From positions 1-64,000 of the IMG/VR virus record IMGVR_UViG_3300044695_005756: a DNA stretch of 64,000 nt; one strand, written 5' to 3'. Under the pieces are notes generated by a model. That model saw nothing but the letters and a program-made list of their open reading frames with translations. It was not told the DNA's origin and ran no database searches. The stretch is from a virus. The stretch's first letter is position 1; each line of letters starts with the position of its first letter. The position numbers were made by a program, and so were the translations under genes. Shown here piece by piece: positions 56,590 to 64,000 of the stretch.

Positions 56590-58647
56590 TTATATTGTCT
56601 CTAAAGTTGTGCTAATTGAAGTTGGATCGGCTGCATCTAACGTGAGAATAGTATTCTTTGAAGAACTTATAATATCTTTTTCCGATTCAATCGAAACACG
56701 AATCAATCCATCGGCAGAATTAACATCTTTAATAACAATATTAGAAATCGAAACTATACCCGTTTCGTAATTAATTTCTCCAGCATTTGAATTAACCACT
56801 TGACGTTGAGCAAAAGAATCGTAATAAACAGTTCGAATTGTTCCTATTTTTCCATCAACTATTACAACTCCTGTTGCTCCTGATCCACCTCCACCAACAA
56901 TTGAAACTGTGGCACGTGTGTAGTCGATTCCTCGATTTATAATTTTTATACTCTCAATTTTTCCGTTTACAATTACCGCCGACGCATTTGCACCAACACC
57001 GTCACCAGATATTGTAATCGTTGGCTGAGTTATATATCCTGTTCCAGGATTCGTAACTTGAATTGATGAGATTCCAGAAAAAGACTGAGGAATTTCATCA
57101 AACTGAACTGAGCGATCTATACCATTAACATCTGCGACAGTAAAATACGTTGAAGTTAGTTTGTTGCCAATCGTGCCTCTACGTAAAGGCACATTAAAAT
57201 TAATTGTATATGGAGTGGAAGTTGTTAAAGTTGGAGTAAATCTTTTTTCCAAACGAACATTAACACTTGAACCAACAATCGAACTTTGATCGACTTTATC
57301 TATAGAATCTTGAACTTTAGATAAAATAAATTGTGCAGCAAATTTGTTCAAGTTAGTTGTATTATATGTTAATATGGCATTACGAACCATCGTCTTAATC
57401 TCATCTTCCGTTTTATTTGTTTTTCTTGAATAGTATCTAACGGTTGATGCCAATTTTAAGTACAAGTATTCTGGCTCACGAATAACTGCTTGGATAGCAA
57501 CAATCGCTTTAGGTCTAATGATTTCATCTATAATTTTTTGTTTTTCAGTTTCAGACAAATAATAATTTTCTTTTAGTTTTAGTGCGATATAAACAATTCC
57601 AAATTTTGGTGGAGATTCATCTTCACCACCCCATACGGAAATAGAATCTATGGGCGGATATTTCTTTGTAATATATGCTTCATAATCAGAAAAAGTTACC
57701 AAACGATTTTGAGATGTATACAAAAGAGGTGCAGCAAATTTGATGTTATCAACAGATTCTCTTTCTGCTCCACCGGAAGCTTCACTTACTGGATCGATAA
57801 TGAAGTCTGAATGAGTTTGTCCATTTGAATCAACTAATGTTTGTGTGGCAATAAAGTTATTTGCTTTGTTTGGAACTTCTCCATTTGTAACAAGATAATT
57901 CATATTTACAACAGCACCATCTGGAAGTTTTTTACCTATAATATTGTCACCAAAATAAATTGAGTATCTTTGTGCTTTATCTTCTTGCAGATAAAAAACT
58001 TTTGATTGAGTCGATGTATTACTTGAATCATCGGCTAAATTATAAATTTCAATTTCAGTATTAGATACTGAAGGTTGAACGGTTACTGAAATGGTTGTAG
58101 TGTCTACCTCTGCATCAGGCAAAACAAACACTTGTTTAGGATTAGAAGCTTGATCATGAACATACGAGTAGGTTACTAACTGTCCTTCGTGAATTGGTAT
58201 GTTAAAGAAAGAAAAATCATTATTTGCTTTAGTAACTTTTAATTCTTCCAATGTTACGAATCCATAACTCACACCGTCAATTTGTTCTGATAAAAATCTA
58301 AATCCTTTTGGAATTGTCATAGTTGATGCAACATTTGACGCCGTATTTACTGTAAAGTTAATTAATGCTCTCGGCGCTTTTCTAGAATAAGGTATATAAC
58401 CTAAAGTTTTAGCTTGTGAGATTACCGAATCGCGTAAAAGTGCTGTGTCAAGAAAAGCCTCGTTGGCAATCATGTTCAAATAATATGCTTGATAATGCGT
58501 GTTGTACGCAAGTACATCAAGCAAAATATTCAAACCAGATCCTTCAAAATTGTAGTCCGTAAATTCAGACTGCTGATTTAAAAATGTTTTTAAGTTTTCC
58601 TTGATTGAATCAAAATCAAGTTCGGTTACTCTTAGACGGTCTGCCAT
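56590..58647 (-). CDS. 6: Baseplate wedge subunit gp6
   Basis: LDFD.IK.NL, F.DYNFEGSGL..LLDVLAYNT, QNRLVT..DY, VWGGED..PP. Confidence 0.93.
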   Translation of the reverse strand: MADRLRVTELDFDSIKENLKTFLNQQSEFTDYNFEGSGLNILLDVLAYNTHYQAYYLNMIANEAFLDTALLRDSVISQAKTLGYIPYSRKAPRALINFTVNTASNVASTMTIPKGFRFLSEQIDGVSYGFVTLEELKVTKANNDFSFFNIPIHEGQLVTYSYVHDQASNPKQVFVLPDAEVDTTTISVTVQPSVSNTEIEIYNLADDSSNTSTQSKVFYLQEDKAQRYSIYFGDNIIGKKLPDGAVVNMNYLVTNGEVPNKANNFIATQTLVDSNGQTHSDFIIDPVSEASGGAERESVDNIKFAAPLLYTSQNRLVTFSDYEAYITKKYPPIDSISVWGGEDESPPKFGIVYIALKLKENYYLSETEKQKIIDEIIRPKAIVAIQAVIREPEYLYLKLASTVRYYSRKTNKTEDEIKTMVRNAILTYNTTNLNKFAAQFILSKVQDSIDKVDQSSIVGSSVNVRLEKRFTPTLTTSTPYTINFNVPLRRGTIGNKLTSTYFTVADVNGIDRSVQFDEIPQSFSGISSIQVTNPGTGYITQPTITISGDGVGANASAVIVNGKIESIKIINRGIDYTRATVSIVGGGGSGATGVVIVDGKIGTIRTVYYDSFAQRQVVNSNAGEINYETGIVSISNIVIKDVNSADGLIRVSIESEKDIISSSKNTILTLDAADPTSISTTLETI

Positions 58648-58649
58648 TT

Positions 58650-59072
58650 TTATCTAATTCTCTCTAAAAAGAAATCAATCGTAACTGGATTTGGATTGTT
58701 GATAATGAAAAAGGTTAAAGAAATACTATATCCATTATCTTCGGGATACCCTGTTGCGCTGATACTTAAAATACTTACTCTAGGTTCATAGTTTGAAATT
58801 GTGTCATTTATAGCTGTTTTAATTTGTTCTGCCACAATTGGATCAACATTTTCAAATAATAAGCTTCGTAGACCACTTCCAATTTCTGGTCTAAAAGGTT
58901 TTTCGTAATAACTTAAAGACATTAAATTTTTCACAGAATTGATTACAGCATATTCATTAATATTTTTTGTAACGTCTTTTTTAATAGGATGCATGTTAAA
59001 GTTCAAATCGAGGTCTTTGAAACCTCTCTCTGAAGAAATTCTTGGATTCGCTGTTGTGATAGTGGTAGCCAT
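58650..59072 (-). CDS. 25: Baseplate wedge subunit gp25
   Basis: FKDLDLNF, SVKNL....EKPFRPEIGS, YEPRV. Confidence 0.93.
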   Translation of the reverse strand: MATTITTANPRISSERGFKDLDLNFNMHPIKKDVTKNINEYAVINSVKNLMSLSYYEKPFRPEIGSGLRSLLFENVDPIVAEQIKTAINDTISNYEPRVSILSISATGYPEDNGYSISLTFFIINNPNPVTIDFFLERIR

Positions 59073-59083
59073 TTATTATTTAT

Positions 59084-59380
59084 TTAACCTCCAACGAAAA
59101 CATTTTCGGATCCTTGTGCTACCGCCGTACATGCAGTAACAGGATCACCGACTCTTCCTGCTTGAAGACCCTCAACGTAAACAGTTGATGAGCCTTTTGT
59201 TATTGGTGCCACGTGTACTGGACATGGAATTCCTGGCACAGGAAGTAAATGTGGTGTGTTAATATGAGATTGACATGACCATGGTCGACCATTTACAAAA
59301 ACGCTACCTGAACCTTGCGCTCTTGATGGCGGAGAGCAATGTGTTACGTCCAAATCTCCTACTCTTGTTGCTGCTGGCAT
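59084..59380 (-). CDS. 5.4: PAAR-domain spike tip protein gp5.4
   Basis: MPAATRVGD, GS..VFVNG, GRVGD, GS.NVFVG. Confidence 0.9.
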   Translation of the reverse strand: MPAATRVGDLDVTHCSPPSRAQGSGSVFVNGRPWSCQSHINTPHLLPVPGIPCPVHVAPITKGSSTVYVEGLQAGRVGDPVTACTAVAQGSENVFVGG

Positions 59381-60322
59381 TTATGAAAATACTCCTACGT
59401 TACTGCGGGGCAACTTAGTTACTTTCATGTAACTTCCAGTATTTGGAGTTATACGACCCGCACTTGTTGAAACTGATAGATAACAATTACCTGATGTAAC
59501 GGAGTTTGTTATAACAAACGCTTTAATATTAAATGCGTAGAGTGTGTTATCTGTCAAAGAAGGTGTTACTGGAAGAGTAAATGGATCAGCGGTGCCAATT
59601 ATTCTCCCTGCGGTACATGCAGCAGCGACAACGCTTGCTGCACCACCAACATATGTTGCATTTACTAATTGAGGATTTACGCCAGAGCCAGCACCCGAAC
59701 CACTTCTAAATCGTATATTAAATGTTACAGTACCAGCTGTTATTTTTTGAAAATATAACTGCCATTCGATTTCATATGCACTATTTGCAGTTAGCATTAC
59801 ACCGTTGCTGTTACCCATGAATGGCAATTCCGCTGTGCTTATGAAACCACCCGCACCAAATATAGTGTTTGATGTTAGATACCTAAATTGTGTTGCCGGA
59901 ACATAGCCTACTCCTTGAGTTCTATCAACTGTGGCATACAAAGAATTTTTATTGAATTGAATTGTTCCATTTGTACTAACCGTAGAAGGACTGCCTGACC
60001 ATGCGGTTGTAGTTAAATCTAGACCTGTTGTACTTAAATCTCGTATAACAACATTTACGGTATTTGAATCGTTAGTATATAAATTACCCGAAATCACATT
60101 TGTGGTAACAAAAATATTGCCAGCGACAACATTACCTGTGCTAACATTTACACTAACAAAAACATTACCAGCAATAACATTACCTGTGCTGACGTTTGAA
60201 TTCGATGTCACATTTGATGTGACAACATTATCCAATCTTTGCTCAAGATAAGTAAAGTTGGTATCTAAGTCTCCTAGTCCTACAGAGATGCTTTTGTCTG
60301 CAAAGGTCTTTGGTACTGTCAT
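59381..60322 (-). CDS. Hypothetical fibre-like protein
   Basis: N-terminal VP.TF...S..L..LD.NF, short NVSTGNV.AGN.FV repeats, beta-rich C-terminus. Confidence 0.55.
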   Translation of the reverse strand: MTVPKTFADKSISVGLGDLDTNFTYLEQRLDNVVTSNVTSNSNVSTGNVIAGNVFVSVNVSTGNVVAGNIFVTTNVISGNLYTNDSNTVNVVIRDLSTTGLDLTTTAWSGSPSTVSTNGTIQFNKNSLYATVDRTQGVGYVPATQFRYLTSNTIFGAGGFISTAELPFMGNSNGVMLTANSAYEIEWQLYFQKITAGTVTFNIRFRSGSGAGSGVNPQLVNATYVGGAASVVAAACTAGRIIGTADPFTLPVTPSLTDNTLYAFNIKAFVITNSVTSGNCYLSVSTSAGRITPNTGSYMKVTKLPRSNVGVFS

Positions 60323-60326
60323 TTGT

Positions 60327-60962
60327 TTATTCCGCTGTCCATTTAACTTCTTTTCCTAATGCGTTTGTCCAAATCACAGGTTTTCCATCTGCACCGCCAG
60401 AAAACACGGGAGAAAAAACGAAAGGATTTGTGTTACCATAATACGATTGTAAATAAGATGTGTGGTTTCGTATGTCATTAAGAACGATTTGATTAATAGT
60501 AAAAGTTTCGGTAAGTCCTGAAGTAATTCCAGTATATGTAACTACTATAGTAAAAGTTCGTGTTACGCTTGTTATATCTGACGGCTGATAAAGTATAATA
60601 TTTTTGTTAGGCAAAATGTTACCTAAACTTGTAACCGTGGTTTCAGTCTCAGTTTTTGTGCTGCCCTCTTTTGTAATAAATTTTGCTAAGTCAGAAAACC
60701 CTTTTTGATAAAAACCAGAAATAATGAAACTATCTGCCGTTGCTCCAGGAGTTATCTTTAAATCTGGTTCAGTATCGCCTAACAAAGTGGCACTTATTCC
60801 TGTAACTTTTTCAATTATGTAAGTTCCGCTTCCACCACCTCCAATTCCACCACCACCTGAGCCAATTACTCCTGACTGTACACCCTTTGCAGTAACAGTC
60901 AAAGTAAAATTTTTATTTCTTAGCGCATCAGGAAATCTAGGCGGAAAAATTTCAATTGCCAT
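60327..60962 (-). CDS. Hypothetical beta-rich protein with Gly linker
   Basis: 211 aa, GSGGGGIGGGGSG, C-terminal WTN..G..V.W. Confidence 0.6.
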   Translation of the reverse strand: MAIEIFPPRFPDALRNKNFTLTVTAKGVQSGVIGSGGGGIGGGGSGTYIIEKVTGISATLLGDTEPDLKITPGATADSFIISGFYQKGFSDLAKFITKEGSTKTETETTVTSLGNILPNKNIILYQPSDITSVTRTFTIVVTYTGITSGLTETFTINQIVLNDIRNHTSYLQSYYGNTNPFVFSPVFSGGADGKPVIWTNALGKEVKWTAE

Positions 60963-61170
60963 TCGTTTCTCGTTTCAGCAACTCTTGTAATCTATCCATC
61001 CACGAATCTATTTCTTCGTGTTGTTCATGTGTGTGCGGTGGCTCTGGAGTTCTTGGTAAGAACTTGATTAAATTATCAAACTTGTCTGGAATGTCTTCGT
61101 AACGTGTATAAGTCTTCAGTTCGCCATTCAACAGTATAACAAATTCATGATCCATTTTAGTTAATGTCAA
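60952..61170 (-). CDS. Small conserved protein downstream of gp5
   Basis: Y.DIP..FD.LIKF.P..P.PPHT.EQH motif; synteny. Confidence 0.6.
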   Translation of the reverse strand: MTLTKMDHEFVILLNGELKTYTRYEDIPDKFDNLIKFLPRTPEPPHTHEQHEEIDSWMDRLQELLKRETNGN

Positions 61171-62143
61171 TTCTCGGTGCAGTAAACTTCATGCTACCTC
61201 CTGATTCAATTGTACAAGAGCCACCAATCTTCGCAGAAAAACTACCGCCTGTTTGTAATGAACAACTGCTTCCAATTTTTACTGTTCCTGATCCTCCAAC
61301 ATCAGCGGAAAGATTACCGTTAACTTTTCCCGTTAAATTTCCTTTTACTGTAGCGTTTAAATTTTTTCCAACTTCTACCGTAGCATTTCCATCAATGTAA
61401 ACAGTAACATCGCCTTTAACATATACTTGTTCGTTTCCAATCACAACTTCAAATTTATTTCTTTGTATTCGTTCAGCACGATCACCTTCTGGTCCCCATT
61501 CAGTATAAGAACCTGATCGATGATAAAGATGAACTCGCTCTGCACCCTTTGTATCATCAAACTCTAGTGCATGTCCTGATTCAGATTCGTACACATTGTT
61601 GTAAGGATATTGCGCTTTATAGTATGGGTCTGGTTCTACTTTAGATTCTTTCTTTGATTTTTTATCTTGTACAATCTCTGATGGATACTTTGCATCGTTT
61701 CTGGCCAAACGTGATGTTGTCGGTTCATCTAATTTTCTTGGATAATTTTTAGCACTCTCTTTAGGCTTTACAGGCGCATTTGATAATTCGGATGATGTTC
61801 TTGGATCATTAAAGCCATCTTTTGGATTCGCATCTTTTAAAGGTATGCCAGGAAACATACCTAACATCACGGGTTCTTGCGCGTTCTCACCATCAAGAAA
61901 AAAACCAAACACCATATCTCCTTCACGAGGAGTATAAACATTCGGCATGTTTATTGGAATGCTGGGTGTTGCCCAAGGTAAAGCATCTGTTGGTAATTGC
62001 ATTTTATTTGGATTATGCCAACCTATGCAGCGCACTCTACAGCGACCAAGTTTTATAGGATCTTTACGATCTTCAACCACACCTGTCCACCAGATAAAAC
62101 CATTTTTACCTGCAAAATCTTTTTGTTCTGAAGGATTAATCAT
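61157..62143 (-). CDS. 5: Baseplate hub/central spike gp5 (no lysozyme domain)
   Basis: OB fold WW.GVVEDR.DP.KLGR.RVR, GFFLDG..AQ.P; YPYN.V.E.ESGH..EFDDT..AER; C-terminal beta-helix repeats. Confidence 0.9.
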   Translation of the reverse strand: MINPSEQKDFAGKNGFIWWTGVVEDRKDPIKLGRCRVRCIGWHNPNKMQLPTDALPWATPSIPINMPNVYTPREGDMVFGFFLDGENAQEPVMLGMFPGIPLKDANPKDGFNDPRTSSELSNAPVKPKESAKNYPRKLDEPTTSRLARNDAKYPSEIVQDKKSKKESKVEPDPYYKAQYPYNNVYESESGHALEFDDTKGAERVHLYHRSGSYTEWGPEGDRAERIQRNKFEVVIGNEQVYVKGDVTVYIDGNATVEVGKNLNATVKGNLTGKVNGNLSADVGGSGTVKIGSSCSLQTGGSFSAKIGGSCTIESGGSMKFTAPRIDIN

Positions 62144-63495
62144 TATGTCTTATATGATTCGTTATAATCACTAGCAATTTTATTTTGATCTGGATTACTA
62201 ACAAAAGCTCTTTTATCGTTTGTAGAATCTGTCGCAACTTCAATAACTGTAACATGTTTTGTTAAGCCAAGTATATGTCGTGTCCCAGTAATTACATATT
62301 TTCCACTTACTGAAGTATCTTCTTCCGATTCTTGACCCTTAGAATGTGCGCCGAATCCAGATGTTTCGAAATTCACATTCTTACCAGAAGTCAATTGAAA
62401 ATTGCCTGGCATAACTATCTTCAATCTTCTTGTCATTAAATTACCTAATATTGACCGTCTTTGTGCTATTATCTGCTCATAAGGTTCATTTTTTGATATT
62501 GACGTTGGATCATTTTCTTTCACGTAACTGCTTTTACCTCTAATCTGATTGTGAATACTCATCGCTTGTTTCGTATCATATGAAGTTTTGGTAGTGGTCA
62601 ATTTGTCTCTGTTGTGTATTTCAGTATCTAAAGGACTTTTATTTGCATGATCTACCAACTTATATACTTCGTCAAAAGAAAATTGTTGACTGCCGAAACT
62701 TCTAGTAATAGGATCGAAACCTAAGAATTTACCCGAATTAACTCCATCTTTCATTCTGTCTAAAAGATCGAACTGAGACAGAACCTCAAAACTTCTTGCT
62801 TGACTCATTTCATAAAATTCATTTCCATCATCAACATTTTTGGGAGTAAAACTGATATTAATAATAGCATTTTTAGTTAATATTGTAGACAAAGATGTAA
62901 AATTGTAACCCTCAGCATTACAGAAAAAAACGTATTCTGGTGAGTTTTTTGAACTCAATGCTCTTTTCGTACACCATTCAATAGCATCAAGAGGTGACAA
63001 ATTTGGAATCACAACTTTTCTTATTCCATAAGTTTCTTGAAAAAGACTGGTGTTCTTTTTAGGCACTTTTAAATTATTTGTCAATATTTTCTGAATAACG
63101 GAAGAATATGTTAGACCATTAAAACTTTGATTTATCTTCTGTTGCTCAGAAAAAACATACTCATCAGAGACAAAGTGAAGTATATAAGATTCGCTTGTTT
63201 GATTGATGTTTTTTCTATCAGTCTGTTTGTATATTCTATATGATTTTTTGAAAGACGCAAATCCCACATCATCACTTTTTGATATTGTCATGGCAATTAC
63301 ATCCGAGCCATCTAAAGCCAATCTTTTTGATAATTTTATAGAATCGACAATTAGTATATTACCAGAAATGACTGGTAAAAAAAGAGAATCGAAAAGATTT
63401 AGCTCTTCAAATATTTCCTCAATACCTACTTTTCCACCTTTCGTTTGCACAAAAAGCTCTTGGATTCTATACTGTGTAGGTTCAATTATTTTCAT
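62143..63495 (-). CDS. Baseplate hub protein (gp27-like position)
   Basis: SG.I.I.DS, VIPN..P..AI.W, PGNF.L..G, SGKYVI...RH; between gp53 and gp5. Confidence 0.65.
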   Translation of the reverse strand: MKIIEPTQYRIQELFVQTKGGKVGIEEIFEELNLFDSLFLPVISGNILIVDSIKLSKRLALDGSDVIAMTISKSDDVGFASFKKSYRIYKQTDRKNINQTSESYILHFVSDEYVFSEQQKINQSFNGLTYSSVIQKILTNNLKVPKKNTSLFQETYGIRKVVIPNLSPLDAIEWCTKRALSSKNSPEYVFFCNAEGYNFTSLSTILTKNAIINISFTPKNVDDGNEFYEMSQARSFEVLSQFDLLDRMKDGVNSGKFLGFDPITRSFGSQQFSFDEVYKLVDHANKSPLDTEIHNRDKLTTTKTSYDTKQAMSIHNQIRGKSSYVKENDPTSISKNEPYEQIIAQRRSILGNLMTRRLKIVMPGNFQLTSGKNVNFETSGFGAHSKGQESEEDTSVSGKYVITGTRHILGLTKHVTVIEVATDSTNDKRAFVSNPDQNKIASDYNESYKT

Positions 63496-63998
63496 GATGG
63501 ATTAATTATATCTTTAAATTCTTTCATAATCTGGGACACGAATTCGGGCTTCAATATTTTAATTTTTCTTTTACTTTCATTCAATTCTTCTTCATACTGA
63601 TAATACGTTTGCGTTTCTTTTGTGATAGTTTCAGTAATTAGATTTCCACCTGGTAATGTATATGTGGTTGTTGAAGCAACAACATTCGCATATGTGTTCG
63701 CATCTAATTGAACTTTTTCTGTAATCGTTTTGCTATCTAAGTTTTTTTTATTTTCCGCTCTGGTTGTTACTTTATAATATGCTTGAATGTTAGCAGCATT
63801 TTTTGCCCAAGCTAATCCTGCTCCAGATGTTGTGTTGTTGGCGTATTTTGGACCTGAATATTTTTTGTCTATGTATTTAATGAACGCTTCTTGACGTAAA
63901 GGCCAATCATATTGAGGATCGATTATATCATTAAACATCATAATAATCCAATGTCTTTCTGAATTATTATAAATTTTGGATGCAATAATTTCTGGCGT
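63492..63998 (-). CDS. 53: Baseplate wedge gp53 (5' part outside window)
   Basis: Frame open upstream of the track start: TPEIIASKIYNNSERHWIIMMFNDIIDPQYDWPL (LysM-like), C-terminal YE...NE.KR.IK.LKP. Confidence 0.88.
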   Translation of the reverse strand, partial: TPEIIASKIYNNSERHWIIMMFNDIIDPQYDWPLRQEAFIKYIDKKYSGPKYANNTTSGAGLAWAKNAANIQAYYKVTTRAENKKNLDSKTITEKVQLDANTYANVVASTTTYTLPGGNLITETITKETQTYYQYEEELNESKRKIKILKPEFVSQIMKEFKDIINPS

Positions 63999-64000
63999 GT

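Noticed and set aside
417-63505. Plus-strand ORFs in the track
   Set aside because: All lie antisense to well-supported minus-strand genes and show no recognisable motifs.

Overview
A 64 kb, AT-rich slice of a large T4-like (Tevenvirinae/Kyanoviridae-type gene order) myovirus genome. Every credible gene is on the minus strand. In transcription order (high to low coordinates) the window holds: baseplate genes (gp53, hub, gp5, PAAR gp5.4, gp25, gp6, gp7, gp8, VrlC-like); a ~23 kb accessory fibre/adhesin island where T4 has gp9-12/wac; neck, terminase (with a dps gene between the subunits), sheath, tube, portal, prohead core, protease, scaffold, major capsid and gp3; then uvsY-uvsW, an Sm-like gene and the start of a B12-radical-SAM / ThDP-enzyme cluster. 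The most striking structure is in the island. Three tandem paralogs carry exactly 14, 21 and 28 copies of a ~43-aa beta-propeller blade. Their linkers partition the blades as 7|7, (2+[7]+5)|7 and (3+[5+[7]+2]+4)|7, i.e. apparently Russian-doll nested 7-bladed propellers inserted inside a split phage anchor domain. Identical 32-53 bp DNA patches shared between the genes suggest blade shuffling. The island also has four ANxAF-heptad coiled-coil fibres (one of 2412 aa) and a glycosyltransferase-methyltransferase fusion. Two promoter-overlapping, RBS-sequestering hairpins are present, one in the island and one at uvsY. All functional calls come from motif recognition and synteny by eye; no searches were run.
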